The notes beneath the pieces are model-generated. The model was given only the letters and a program-made list of their open reading frames with translations. It did not search any database and had not been told where the DNA came from. Of a DNA stretch of 64,000 bases, positions 9,270 to 22,295 are shown piece after piece (positions within the stretch are counted from its first letter, which is position 1; the number at the start of each line of letters is the position of its first letter). The stretch comes from a virus. The translations under genes were made by a program, and so were the position numbers. Location of the stretch: positions 68,739 to 132,738 of the IMG/VR virus record IMGVR_UViG_3300041964_000072, one strand, 5' to 3'.

Positions 9270-12200
9270 ATGAACAATAAAAGCCCTTTACAGCAACTCG
9301 TCCAAAAACTCACATGGAAACAGTGTGAAAATATCCTTGAAAACCACGGGTTCGCTGTGTACGAAAGTGAATCACTGGGGAAACTGCGACAAGCTGTAAA
9401 GATAAACATCAAGGATGGAACCATTTCCCAGCAATATGTTGAGAGTATTTTGGAGGCAAGCAATAACAATGGAAACTAAGCTGATTCATGTCCCACCCTT
9501 GTCTGTGGTGGACGTTCTCTATCCAGGCAATCCGGAGTTTGGTTCAATCCACGCTCAAACCTTTGTCCTTACCTCGGAAGAGTTTTACTCAATTAAGGAC
9601 AGGGATGATGTGATCAAATTCATAGTCTCCAAAGGCTTTGAAAATTACCTGGATTTTAGGGCACACATCGGGCAAGCAAGGTATAAGTGGACGCTCCCAG
9701 GCTCACAAGAAAAGTGGATGGAAGCTAAATTTGGTGATCGGTTTGACTACGAATTCGATGTAGATGAGGCTGAAGAGTAATGGAGGCAAAAACCATATAC
9801 AGCTACGCAATCCTCCAAATATCTATCAGGAAATTCGCTGTGATTCAAACCAGCGGGGGTCTTACGGGAGTAACATCTGTGTGGGAAATAAAATCCCGTC
9901 ACGGATCGCATTTCAAAGCAGTAGAAGCATTACAGCAGATTCAGGAGAGACAAAATGGCTCAAATAATGGGATATAAACACCTAGAAATGCCTATCGTCA
10001 AGATAGATGACAGGGAATACGCCGTAGGGACAGAAGAACAGGCAGACAATGCGGCAAGAGAGGCAATAGAAGGATCTTTATCATCCTTTGAGCCGTACTT
10101 TATATCCCAACACTCCACAATCCAGGACTATGAGATTATAAATGCAATAAAAAAAGAAGGTACAAAAGCTACACGCAAAATCATTACCGACATAGACGCT
10201 TTTGTTGATAACGCTCTGAGCCTAAGTAATCGGGGGGAATTTCTTTCCCCTGTCAACGGTACAGAGGAAACTCTTGCAAGCATAGACGATGATGTTGCCC
10301 AAGAGATTGCGACGGTTTTAGGTATCCCAGAGGATAAGTGGAAGGATACCTTTGTGTATCAAGTTCAGTAATTTTAGGACAGGTATTGTAGAACGGTAAT
10401 AGTCCCGCTTCTTCCTTGAGGCGGGATTTTTGTACAACTAGCAACACACAATCTCCATGAACAAGGAAGATCAGATCCCAAGCATGTTAAAGAAGTCAAG
10501 TCTTTTTGGAGTAAATTTCTACAAGGCATTACATAAAAAATGCTCTGCAATGGAAGATACAGACATAGCGATGATCGGACATCATCAGTTAAATAAAAAG
10601 ACTGGTGAATTAGTCTACGTCAATCATGCTTCCTTCCCAATACACGCTCTTAATCAGGCGATAGCAATCTTTAATCAATGTGCTACCCATACGACCTACT
10701 ATCCAGAAACGGAAGAGTGGAAAGCCATCTGTCAAGTGTTGGTGACAAATACCAAGGAAAAACAACTGATCGTAAAGCAGTACTTCATAGCTCCTGAAAC
10801 CAACCGCTGCATAAAGGTGGATTTAGTGACATTGAATGGAGATACAGAATACCTCGTGATTGACTACGGTATTCCTCATAGGATGAACTGCCATATCCAG
10901 GCAAGCGATCTTTTGGTAGATAAGGAGTTTTGTATTCAGTTGGACAAGGACTTTCCTACACCTATCAGGGAAGCACGTATTGGTAAATTCTTGGCAACAC
11001 ACTAGGAGGCAGCATGACGTTTGAAGAGGCTAGAAGACACGTAATGTATGTGGTAGATGATTCCCTAAATGGACGACGTTTAGGCGAGGATATTCATGCT
11101 GTAGTTAAACCCCAAAGTGTTCTTGTTGGATGGCACTGGGAACCAAATTTTATGTTTGTGGCGATTAATTCCTACCTGGGGGTGACTATCACGAATGAAG
11201 AGGCAGAAGAACTCGCAACGGATTATTTAAGGGAAATCCACTGGTTTACTGACTCAGAAGCCAACAACGCATCAGACTACATTATTAGAGGTTAATTCAA
11301 TGGCAAATTTCAACCTTTTGCTCAACACCATTAGCGTCGAAGTGGAATTTTTAGGGAGCAGTCTTCTCCTAGATCCTGTAGGGGAAGATTCTCTTATGGA
11401 GACGCTTAAGGCTACCACTATCGACAATCATGATGTGGACGGAATAGTAGAGGCAAGACTAGACGACGTGAAGGAAGATGGCACACACGTTACCCTTGTT
11501 GAGACTTTTTTGGATAAGTTTGAGGTATCAGAGGAGGACAGGGAAACGCTGGATGTTGGATTCTCCATCACAATAGAAATGCCTGGAATTGAGTATGTAG
11601 AATGGATGCTCATGCGCTACGGATGCATGATGCACAGACAACAGGAACTCTCCAAAGAGTACATGGACTGGTGTTTTGATCAGGGACTTACCCAATAACC
11701 AAGGACAATATTATGAACATACCTTCAAAGAAAACCATTCAGAAATATCTTGAATGGCTGGATGATGATCAGGTAAACAAGGTTCGGGGACTGATGGAGG
11801 GGGTGTTAGACCCAGAAGAGGTAAGTGAAGCTACTGCAAAGTGGGTACGCAGTTGCTACAACGAACCTAGTGATAGTGAGAAAATTATGTCCGCCATAAA
11901 TGACGTTATCGAGTGTCATGGAGTAGAATCCCTTTCCAGTAATGGAGATGTAGTAGCAACATACTGCAATACGGGAGATACTTACAAACCTACTGTTATG
12001 TATCTTGAGAAGGAGTGTCGATTCAGAATTATGTCTTGGGGAGATTATGCAGAAAAACATCCCGTAGATTAAGTTTTGATCAGGTGCATCTACTGATAAA
12101 CGATTGTAAAACGAATCAAGGAGTACTCAAATGTCAGGCATGGTTAAATTTTCTTTTCTTGTAGGTGATGTGAACTGGTTAGATCACGGAGGTAAGTGGA

Positions 12201-14542
12201 TTAGTCAAAAGTTTAATAATGGAGAATTTGACTACTGGCTAGTAAAAGAGCTTCATAATACAGAGGAAAATAGGGATTTTAATACCAAATACCTCTGCAC
12301 ACTATCTGTAGTTGCTCCTAGTCAGTATGAGGACTTTGAGCAAGCCTTTGAATCTTGTGGCTGGGAGGTAGAGATAGAGGATCTATCCGACACAGATAAG
12401 GTAGAGATAATTCACTCTTACTCAGGTGGCTCACAAGAATGGAGTGGCACTGACAACAACTACAGTAAGTTGTTTCGAGAATGCTTGATAGAAGCCAACC
12501 TGATTACAACGCTGTTACTTCAAGCTTATCTATATAGGCAGAAAAATGCACTCGGAGACAATGGATGGAACAAGCTTAAGGGCACAAGTGCTATAGACTC
12601 ACTTCGATCAAACACTAATAAGTAACCAGGAAGGATTCTGATGAGCAAATATTTCGATGCAATGTACAGCAGATACGAGCGTGTACGGTCAAGACTGGTG
12701 CAAATATATGATTTTGCTGCAAGACACTATCAAACACATGAGGAGCTACTTGAAAGAAAAGGAGAGATATACAAAACTAATGATTACAAAAAACTCAGCT
12801 CGTATTATGTTGGGGCGTTTAACGAACTTAGCCGAACAAAATTGCAAGAACTATGGAGCTACCATTTACAGAGTGGATATCTCGTAAGAGGAAAGTTCTA
12901 TCCAGCTCGTGAATGTAACGAGGTTCTTTATGAGTGTGGAAAACATAACGGTATTGTTGTCTGGAAGAACTGCCCTGAAAAGATATTCAGCAAAAGTGCG
13001 GATTTTGTAGAAGAAGTTCCATCCACCAGTGAACAGTTAGAGGTAAACTCATGAGTTACGCAAGACTGAATCGAAACGAATGGAACCAGCTCAAAGTAAT
13101 CTGGGATCTGGAAAAAATTAAGGCTGATGATATGCTCTGGATTCTCAGGGACATGACCTATCTAGATTTCTGGGTAGAAGTCCTTGAGTATGACCTCTGC
13201 AATGGTTATCAGTCTGTTGCTCCAGAGGATATCGGTGCCCTTACCGATGCCTTTATCATTACTGACGGAGAGCAATACTGGTGGGACAGCAACCACCAGA
13301 TCCGCAACCCTTGGGATGATATGTACATAGATGAACCGTGCATATTATTTCCGGCAGACGCTTTACACCCAATAGGAAACCTTCCGTGAACAAAATCGTA
13401 CAGACCGTAGATAATAACGAAGACTTGCGCTACGAAGTCCTCTGTCTTGTAGAACCTATCGTAATTAATTGGTACACAGACGATCCTACTTTATGGAGAG
13501 CTAACGCAAGAACGGCTGCGATCGCAGAAATAATTCCCTTAATTAGTGAGTGGTTTCTGCGTCCATCCATTCAATTCAAAATCAAAACGATTCTGGGAGG
13601 TAACATATCTTCCAAGAAATATCGGGAACTACGGGGGGAGATGTCCGATGAAGGGTTCGACTGGAATCCTATCGCTTCCCATTACGCGAACAAGAGGTAC
13701 AACGAACTTTGGGCAGATGCTAACGTACCTCCTTCCCTGGTGCCAGAGTTCCTGAAAGAATGTGACGACGAAATATAAAAGACAAGGAGCAGCGACAATG
13801 GTTTTTGATCGTATCCGTGAATGGTTAAGGCGCAATCCTAAGCCGTCTTCATCAGATGAAATCCCTGAATGGATGCTGGAAGAATATCGGAAAGCAATAA
13901 AGGATGCTGAGGCTTACTGTGACTCGCATCCTATTGATTGGGATGCTGTAGAGGAAATATCAGCAAGACTTGATGCAGAAGAATCGCAAGTAAATGGAGA
14001 TCAGTAAAATGCCGTCGATACGTGACTCGCTTGTACCAACTCCCAAGGGCAACCGTTATTACCCCTTCCTTTTCTACAGAGGCAAGGAAGCCTACACCTT
14101 ATCCATCCAGTATGTAGGCTATGGCAGTAATGATATTCCAGCCCCTTCCGCACGTACACAGAACCGATTTGATGTATCGTGCTGGGAAAGTCATGGAGAT
14201 AAGTCAGTTACCTTTTTTCCTGCTTTTGTCATAGAAGCCATCGGCACTCACCTAGAAAACACAGGTTCTCTCCTATGTAGCCCAGGAGAGGCGCAAGAGA
14301 TTTACGATACCTTCCTGGAGTGGGACAGGAGGGAATATGTAGATCCTGGAGTACATTTTAAGTTACGGCATTATCGCCCTAATAACAGTGAAGGGTTTCC
14401 AGAAAGATATACTCTCTGGACTGTAGACTTGTACACCAACGAAGGTGAGTTTATTGGAGAGGGGAAAATCAGCGATGTTAATAAAGGAAATTTATTAGAC
14501 CACATGGAGCGGGTCTGTCCTACGATTCCCATCCAAAAATAG
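9270..14542 (+). other. Cluster of small, mostly acidic hypothetical early ORFs (9270, 9415, 9780, 9955, 10457, 11014, 11300, 11713, 12131, 12641, 13051, 13338, 13762, 13994)
   Basis: Contiguous + strand ORFs with RBSs and frequent stop/start overlaps; terminators at about 10401-10431 and 14555-14590. Confidence 0.75.
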
Positions 14543-14613
14543 CGCTCTTTCCATTCCGGCTAGGAAACCGCCACTAGCCGGATTTTTTATAGGCGGACAC
14601 TTAGAGGTTAGAC

Positions 14614-17600
14614 ATGACAGATCTACGCCGGATACGTCCAGGGGATGAAATTTTCATTACTTTCCCCTACGACTCCATATTTTCAATCCGTGACATCGAA
14701 GAAAAGGTAGAAATTCCAGCAGGAAGCAAAGTTCCTGGAAAGTTCTTTGCTGATATGGGTAAGGACTGGAAAGTACGTGTTGACTGGGAGGGCTTAAATC
14801 TTGAAAACGGATATCGGGTTTGGAGACTTAAGAAGGAAATGGTACGGATACAGAAGCGGTATGTTAAGGACGTACCCTCATGCTATTACCCTGTAAAGTG
14901 CGATCTCGATAAAGTTACCATCGAACTGCTCTGGGTAGAAAACCTAGAGCTTCGCTCTGAGATGATATACATTCCCCAGTACTGCCTGGTAGACCCGTCA
15001 AAAAGAGACAAGTCCCCTAAGTTCACTCCCGAAGCAACCGATGCACTTTATGACGAGGTAGCTTTCCTTCTGATATGGGATGAACCTAACGAATACATTT
15101 GGACGGAAGGGAGGAATACTCCATTCAATCCAGACGCAACTTTTCTTTTTAACGATACCTCAAGAAAGTTGAATGCAGCGCTCTACCACATGCCCGGAGT
15201 CCCGCTCAAGGTGGAAAAAGATCTTTGGGATGAATACTTTGAGATGTACCAACCCCTAATCATGGATTGCTACTGTGAAATAGATGGAGTGCAACTAAAC
15301 AAAACACTCTTCTATGTTTCGGGAGAAGGGACATGTACCGGAGGAATCGAGGACAACGGGAACTACTACCTAGTCAGCATCCCACCAGATGCCCTTATCT
15401 GGACACATTTGAGGAGTGAAGCAAAAACGATGGAAACGATCTTCCATAACCGATAATTAAACATGCGATCGCATAATATTCCATCCAGTTATGCGATCGT
15501 CTCACTATTGCATCAGTAGGATAACACAGCAAAGAGTTGTCATCAAAATAGATAAAAGGGAGTTACATCATGTTTGAGCGATCAAAAGAAGTAAGAGCAG
15601 AAATGGAGGCAAAAGGTTGGGTTTGCTTGTTGGATTGGTATGAATGCCCAAGCACCTCTACCCAGTATTACTGGAACCCAGAAACACAAAGGGTCATTGC
15701 CTACCCCTGGAAAAATCCAGAATATGATATTGAGGAATACAGCCGTGAGGATCTTGCAGGAGAAAAGGGGAAATACCTTCACCCTACATTGCGTAGGAAA
15801 TTGGAAAGTTTTCTCACCAACACCCCTATGGAAATCTCTCAAGAAGATTATTATTTTGACCGGATTCGGAGAGAGGATTACAAGGGGCATTGGTTCAGAT
15901 CTTCCAACGATTTCAAGGAAATCACTTACGAAGAGACGTTGATAAACGTACATAAACGGGAACTTTCTTATTGGATATACAGCGTCAAAGAGTCTTCTAA
16001 ACATCCCAGAGATTATCGTTTTGCTTGCTTCAATTGGAATACAAAACGAATTGGAAAGCTTGGTGATTTCAGTTATTCCTCAAAACGAGAAGCGTTTAAA
16101 GCACTAAAAGTATTTACAGGAAAGGAGTGTTAAATATGCAAGTATATACAGCTAAATGGGTGCTTGCTAAGACGATTCTGGATGACGATAAAATCATTCA
16201 GAAATTTTGCAAGGACTATGATGATGAGCCTGAGCTAACGAAAGATCCAAATGAAGCATGGTTTTGGAATAATCATGCTGCTGCAATGAATCAGCTCAAG
16301 GACATCAGGAAGCATTCTCCAGAGACGCAACTTTATCCCATAAAGGTGTTTCTCAGAGAAGTTCAAGGAAAAAAGGAGAGTAATAGCAATGGAAAGTCTC
16401 GATCAGCTAATACAAAGCGTTCCAGAAGGACATCAGTGGATAGTGTATCGAAATGAGAAGAGTACTCTGTGTATTGCCTTGGATTTTCGACCAGAAGATC
16501 CTCGATGCCAGAGAGCGTACTTCCTTGCTAACGATGCCCTTTACGTTATTGACGTGGAAGCTCACAGAGAACATCTAGCACAGCAAAAGTAACCCAATTC
16601 TTGCAACATTAATGCCCTCCCACAATCCCGTGAGGAGGGTTTTTTCATGGAGGTTTTATGTATCAAATACCGATGGTTCATCACAACATATTGGCATGGG
16701 CAACTACCAATAATTCAAATCATTTGATTGTTTTAAGGAGGTGGGGAGATACTTTTGTTGTCCATCTATACCTCGTAGATAGCGATTGTTTTGAGTATGG
16801 AAACTATGCAGATGATATCAAAGGAGCGGCTAAAAAATTCACAGAAAAAATACAGGCATATCGGAGGATTCTAGATACATGCCCCTTCTAGAATGTAGAG
16901 AGGTGATAAATATTTTCCAGGCATGATTAGAAAGCTTTACTCTAATCATGTCCGATGAGTGACAACGATCCGAAACAAATACGGTTTCCTGTTCAACCTA
17001 CAACCGCTTCCGAACAGGAATCCGTTTCTCAATATAATGCCCAAGTAGTCTTTACAAAGCATGGATATAAAATCCAGTACGGAGAGTATATCTTAGGCGC
17101 AAATACTTGGCTAACTGAGGCAGAGGCTTGGGCATGGCTTCAAGAAAATGGTAGCGAAAATCAATAATTTCAGGAGAATTTCATGAGCATTTCTTCAACT
17201 GTTTTTGACGATGGCAACCGCAGTACAGATACAACTTTGAACACAATCACAGGAGTTGTGCATCTGAAAGAACATGTCGAAATAGATGAGTGCAGGGGAT
17301 TAAGTCGGTCGTCATGGGAAGGGGTGTTAGAAAGTATTGGCACCCCATATTCTACGGTGAATGGGCAGACGGTTCTAACTGGAAATATCCGCAAGATCAT
17401 TAAGGAGGACAAACCGATGTATCCTCTAAAATGTCACTACATTACTACCTGTCATCCTGAGGCAGGGCTTTCTGATAATCATGCCAGGGAAGGGGAGATC
17501 TTAATCTGTGCATCCCTGAGTGAGGGAATGACAGACCGAGATCTAGTAACTGCTCTCGTAGCGGAATGCGATAAAAGCCCAGACTACTGTGATATGTGGG

Positions 17601-17776
17601 ATGCGATAGACCATCGAGCAGGGGTCTTGGAGCAAGCTATTGCGGAAGAGTTTTTGGGGTTTAACACATCTCTTCATAATATAGATACAGGCGTAAATGA
17701 TTCTGAAGATTTAGGTCTTTACATCTACGCTTACCTTTCTTTCACACCAAAGGAACATCAAAATTGGACGAATTAG
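14614..17776 (+). other. Hypothetical early ORFs (14614, 15570, 16127, 16389, 16658, 16955, 17183)
   Basis: Co-oriented ORFs; terminator GCCCTCC...GGAGGGT7 at about 16615-16647. Confidence 0.7.
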
Positions 17777-17780
17777 AGGA

Positions 17781-18239
17781 ATGGAAGGATTGAACACTTG
17801 TGCATATCTCAGAAAACAAATCATCCTCCCCCAGGTGCATCCTGTAGGTATTGATGAATTGGGTAGCGTAGGGGCAGAACTACAGCACGCTATCAAGAAG
17901 AAAACCCGCAAAGACTGGAATGATGTAATGCTACGAAATGCGTGCCATTACAACGCCTTACGGGTTTGTGCCATTGCACATTTTTACAACATCAACATCT
18001 ACTATGTGACGGGGGAAGTGAGTTATTCAACTCCAGAGTCTACAGTGTATTTGATTCACTCGTGGAACTACATCCCAAGCATAGATGCCTATATCGACTT
18101 AACCTTTGAAGCATTTGCTGACTTGCGTAGTGATTACATGCTGGCTTTATCCAAGCCTGTCCCGGAACTACTTAAGGAGGGATATGACTTCAAAGGGGCA
18201 CGAGACATATATACCCAGTGGCTAAACAGGCAGCGCTGA
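17781..18239 (+). CDS. Transglutaminase/papain-fold-like protein
   Basis: Candidate Cys-His-Asp triad: ACHYNA, IHSWN, YIDLT. Confidence 0.5.
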   Translation: MEGLNTCAYLRKQIILPQVHPVGIDELGSVGAELQHAIKKKTRKDWNDVMLRNACHYNALRVCAIAHFYNINIYYVTGEVSYSTPESTVYLIHSWNYIPSIDAYIDLTFEAFADLRSDYMLALSKPVPELLKEGYDFKGARDIYTQWLNRQR

Positions 18240-18300
18240 GTATTGCGATCGCATAAACCAAAGACCTCCGCTCCAGGGGGTCTTTTTTATTGGAGGAAAA

Positions 18301-18864
18301 ATGAAACGCATACAAAAAATCCCTCTACCAGAAGACATTGCCCGGAAAATGGCGGACTATCGGCTCAAGGGATGGGGAGTCCCTACCGATTACATCATTT
18401 TTCACTTGAAACTGGCTCACGCAAGTATGCAGCAGCTTGCGGTAAATCACCAGATCAAGGCATCCTTCATCGAACCTGATGGATGGATGGATCGGATGCT
18501 TGTCCTTAACGTCCTGGTGCGGCGGGAGGGAAAGTACTCGCTACTCCAATGGCATAGCGGCAATCAGTGGTGGATGAAGCTCTCACCCTATGGAGGATGG
18601 AGTATCTACACAACCCCAGAGATGTATTTACCCAAGGTGATAGAAGCTGATCCACACGTTAATTGGAGTGCTATTTACCCCGTACTGGAACATTTATCCA
18701 ACGGGCATCCTATTCGCATCGAGGATTTTTGGATAAAGTTCCACGACCTACAACACACTGACTACCTCGTACTAGGTGAGTTCTTGTGCTTGCAAGGAAA
18801 GTTTATCAACGCACGCTCTACGGAGGTGATTCGGAGTGCCCTAAGCAACATATCACTTGAATAG
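18301..18864 (+). CDS. Hypothetical protein
   Basis: ORF with GGAGG RBS, downstream of the terminator at about 18262-18290. Confidence 0.65.
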   Translation: MKRIQKIPLPEDIARKMADYRLKGWGVPTDYIIFHLKLAHASMQQLAVNHQIKASFIEPDGWMDRMLVLNVLVRREGKYSLLQWHSGNQWWMKLSPYGGWSIYTTPEMYLPKVIEADPHVNWSAIYPVLEHLSNGHPIRIEDFWIKFHDLQHTDYLVLGEFLCLQGKFINARSTEVIRSALSNISLE

Positions 18865-19465
18865 TTCTGAATGGTCTGTATCCCTTTACAGACCAATTAC
18901 ACCACTTTGTTTTGCAATATTTAGGGGATTCATTCTTATGTATGACTATCCAATGCATACTGTCTGGAGCAACGATCAAATTCGCCAATGGCAAAAGGAA
19001 GTATTGGCTGTGACAGATACCGACATGATGAAAGCTTGGTTTACTGAACGACATGATCAGGAGGTTGGTTCTGCCCACAACGTTGAGAAGTGTCCTATCC
19101 GCAACTACTACAATGATCTGCTGCCACATCTCGATATTGAGGTAGGGCGATATCAGGTCAAGACAGACATACCTCCCAAACTGTTTAAACATGGTCAATT
19201 CAAGCCCCTAGTGATTAGTGACATCTATTATCTGGGAAATTCCTCTTTGCAATGTCCGGATATGCCGGAATGGTTAAGCAAGATCGTGACTTTGATCGAC
19301 ATAGAATACTGCCACAATACTGAACTTGGTCAAAAAATCAGCAGTGGAGAGGTGGAAGGTCTTTACCATGAGCTTCACTTCCCGGTATTGGGATGGCAAG
19401 TCGTAGCCCTCATCGAAAAAGTGTTAGCCGAATATGCAGTAGAGCAAGAGGCAATAGCAGCGTAG
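18857..19465 (+). CDS. Hypothetical protein, paralogue of 7102-7566
   Basis: AWF...VGSAHNVEKCPIRNYY...MPEWL. Confidence 0.6.
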   Translation: MNSSEWSVSLYRPITPLCFAIFRGFILMYDYPMHTVWSNDQIRQWQKEVLAVTDTDMMKAWFTERHDQEVGSAHNVEKCPIRNYYNDLLPHLDIEVGRYQVKTDIPPKLFKHGQFKPLVISDIYYLGNSSLQCPDMPEWLSKIVTLIDIEYCHNTELGQKISSGEVEGLYHELHFPVLGWQVVALIEKVLAEYAVEQEAIAA

Positions 19466-19474
19466 TATATCTAA

Positions 19475-19511
19475 ATGCGATCGCTCTTTCCTCAAAGGGC
19501 GATCTGTTTTT
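19475..19511 (+). terminator. HIP1-containing terminator, copy 1
   Basis: ATGCGATCGCTCTTTCCTCAAAGGGCGATCTGTTTTT. Confidence 0.8.
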
Positions 19512-19535
19512 ATCAACCATCAACAAGGAATCAAA

Positions 19536-20048
19536 ATGCCAGAAAATATTCTGTACTACATTGTCCAGACAAATCCGAAAAAGGAGAAAGATTTTCCCAA
19601 GTACCTTGATAACAAAGGGCTTCTAAATCCTGATAGTGGGGAAGCTCAGAAGTTCTTGACACCTGAAGATGCAGAAAAAGCTATCCAGAAGGTACATTAC
19701 AAACGTCGCCCAAATCTCATAGTCCAGCCTATTCAGGAATCAAAGATGCATACGTTCAAAAGAACGGGTGATGATGGCTATGAGCGACTGGCATTGAGAG
19801 TCCCTTCCAAAGAATCCAAAGAAAGTTTTTCAGTAGATGTAGTAGATGCCCAAGGAAAGCTCATGTGTCGATTGAACACATTTGACTTTGGGAATGGGAC
19901 AGGGAACGTAGATGTGATTATCCTAGATGAAAGCAAGCAAGGTAGGCTTATAGCTCTATTAGACGGCAAAATGGTAATCAACCAAGTCATACCAGGCACT
20001 ACTGTATTTGCAGTGCAGATAGAGCCGAAGACTGAACCCGCTTCCTGA
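19536..20048 (+). CDS. Hypothetical protein flanked by 37 bp direct repeats
   Basis: ATG ORF with AAGGA RBS. Confidence 0.7.
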   Translation: MPENILYYIVQTNPKKEKDFPKYLDNKGLLNPDSGEAQKFLTPEDAEKAIQKVHYKRRPNLIVQPIQESKMHTFKRTGDDGYERLALRVPSKESKESFSVDVVDAQGKLMCRLNTFDFGNGTGNVDVIILDESKQGRLIALLDGKMVINQVIPGTTVFAVQIEPKTEPAS

Positions 20049-20051
20049 GTT

Positions 20052-20088
20052 ATGCGATCGCTCTTTCCTTAAAGGGCGATCTGTTTTT
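20052..20088 (+). terminator. HIP1-containing terminator, copy 2
   Basis: 36/37 identical to copy 1. Confidence 0.8.
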
Positions 20089-20806
20089 GAAAGATTAAGA
20101 CGCAAACAAAATCTAAAAGGAAGAACGCAGCAATGTTAGTGTTACCAAGAGATGCTTTTTTTCATGCCTTGTTACTCAAAAATATAGGACAACTAAGCCT
20201 ATGCATCCTCGATAGCCAAGTAAACGGGTTAAAGCTAGAGGAGGAAATTGAAGGCGATCATTTCCTTATTGAGCAAGACCAATCAAGTGGTTTTTTCTAC
20301 ATATCAAATTATTATCTGAGCTTGAATGACGAACCTATCAAACCTTTCATTCCAATGCACTCTCGACATGGTTGGGTGTTAAGGGCAGAGTACAAGGGAG
20401 AAGAATACCAAGTGTTTGACGAGGATGGAAAGTTTATCGCAAATTTTCTTTAGACCGATATTTCGATTCTCTTAGAAGAGAGAATCTTATAGCATTGGAA
20501 AAGTAGGTAATGTTTAGAGGGTTTATAGCTATGAATGACGAAAATTCAGTTCAGTGGGAAGCCGCTCAAGATGAACCTACTCAAGAGTGGCAAAAAGAGG
20601 CTATGGAGAGGCACAATGCTGCAATTATTATTAATAGCCAAGGTTGGAATATTTGGTACAAAAAGAACAATACGTTAGGAGAACATACGTGGGAAAATAA
20701 TATGCAAGCTTGGGAATGGTTACATACAAACGGAAACCAGCGGCGGACGTTAATGAGTTAAGGAATTGCAACACAAAGATTACATCAAAATATCAGGAGA
20801 AATACC

Positions 20807-21304
20807 ATGTCAACAACAATAGTCACAGCCGACAATCCTAAAGAAACAGCAATTAATTGCATGATGGAGAATCGGAATCAACTAATATCGCTGTTCTTCG
20901 AGATACGACAGTTTCATGAAAGCGTGGATGACCTACCGACTGATATCCGAGATGATATTAACACTTGGGTAAACAATACATTGAACTGTGTTAGTTTCAA
21001 TTTTGGTGATGCAGTAGAAATCCTCAACGAGTATAAGGATTACCGTCCTACTGACAATAGTGTGTGGGAAAATCTTATACACATAGAAGACATAGCGACT
21101 TGTCAGGCTGCTTACACGATAAAGGCAGTAACTATAGCCTATATCGAAGCTATGATGAAAGCCCTTTCGGATCTAAGCTATTTGGATTTCCAGGACTACT
21201 GGGGAAGTGTAGGCTTTGATTACGAAAATACAGACAGCAATGAAGCGCAAATGAAGTGTTTGTATGAAGAAAAGATTAAGGAGGTAGACATCTTGAGTAT
21301 GTAG
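20807..21304 (+). CDS. Acidic protein, possible Ocr-like DNA mimic
   Basis: DIRDDINTWVNN...DAVEIL...TDNSVW...CQAA aligns loosely by eye with T7 Ocr DLHDAIHMAADN...DIFSVM...EDSGL...LQAR. Confidence 0.35.
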   Translation: MSTTIVTADNPKETAINCMMENRNQLISLFFEIRQFHESVDDLPTDIRDDINTWVNNTLNCVSFNFGDAVEILNEYKDYRPTDNSVWENLIHIEDIATCQAAYTIKAVTIAYIEAMMKALSDLSYLDFQDYWGSVGFDYENTDSNEAQMKCLYEEKIKEVDILSM

Positions 21305-21641
21305 GAGTGCAAGAGTCAGTCCGCTCCTTCGGGAGCGGTTTTATTTATTGCAGGAGGACAATGAAGAATTACGTTTACCATACCTGTTGTGTGAATTCAA
21401 CAGGGCGTTTGATTATTGACATGGTAGATAAAAGTAGGGAAGTATCCCTTTCTACCATCAAAAAGCACTGCCAAAGGGTCAATGAATGGGCAGAGAGCTT
21501 AGGCTATGAAACAGACAGTAGGAGGGGATTAACACTAGAAAACGACGGCATGGTTACTTATCACAAGTCTTTCTATAACGGAAAGCCTTGTTACTACATT
21601 AAGTGGTCAGCTATTGAATACATTTGGATTAAGCAAAAAAC

Positions 21642-22280
21642 ATGAATACCACAGCAAAAATCACTCGAATTATTCAAGATTTGATTTCTCATCCTCCCTT
21701 TAAAAAAGGTGTGGAGGGATTAAAGTCTGAATACCTGATAGAAGACCTTGAGGGCAATGATCTTCTAGATAGCTACATTCAGTTTGGGGATGCATTAGAA
21801 ACATGGGTGACAGACCAGATTCCAGAAGATGCTTGCTCCTTGTATCTATGTTTTTTGCATTCCTTATTGGAATATGTGAGATGGGACTTGATAGCCCAAC
21901 ATCTTCATGCAGGTATGTGGAGGCATGAGGATTATCCAGAAGATGATGAGCCTTACCAGGGCTATGCCAACACGCTTACTCATGAAGCAAGTATGCAGTT
22001 GGATTCTACGAGTACGGAATTGCACCAAAAAGCTCTTGTCCATGTAAGAAGGCGTTTGAAAGGAGTATTTACACAACAGCAGCTCGGTGGTGCATTAAGG
22101 ATGCTCTACCATGATTATCTGTTCCAAGAGGACAGGAGAAGGGGATTAAGCAAGTTTCCTTATAGGAGCGTGACTAACCTAGGTATAGAGTGCATCGCTT
22201 GGCATGAAATTGCTAAAACCCTAGAAACTGAGTTGATGGCAAGTTTAGAGTTGAGTGTTAAGTCCGATACTGAAAACTAA
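21642..22280 (+). CDS. Hypothetical protein with tandem duplicated domain
   Basis: GDAL...VRWDLIA repeated as GGAL...IAWHEIA. Confidence 0.6.
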   Translation: MNTTAKITRIIQDLISHPPFKKGVEGLKSEYLIEDLEGNDLLDSYIQFGDALETWVTDQIPEDACSLYLCFLHSLLEYVRWDLIAQHLHAGMWRHEDYPEDDEPYQGYANTLTHEASMQLDSTSTELHQKALVHVRRRLKGVFTQQQLGGALRMLYHDYLFQEDRRRGLSKFPYRSVTNLGIECIAWHEIAKTLETELMASLELSVKSDTEN

Positions 22281-22295
22281 TTAGAGAGGTAGATT

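Noticed and set aside
19856-19866. 11 nt match (AAAGCTCATGT) to guide 3
   Set aside because: Not preceded by a TTGA-type TAM and too short to be significant. No convincing self-target was found by eye.
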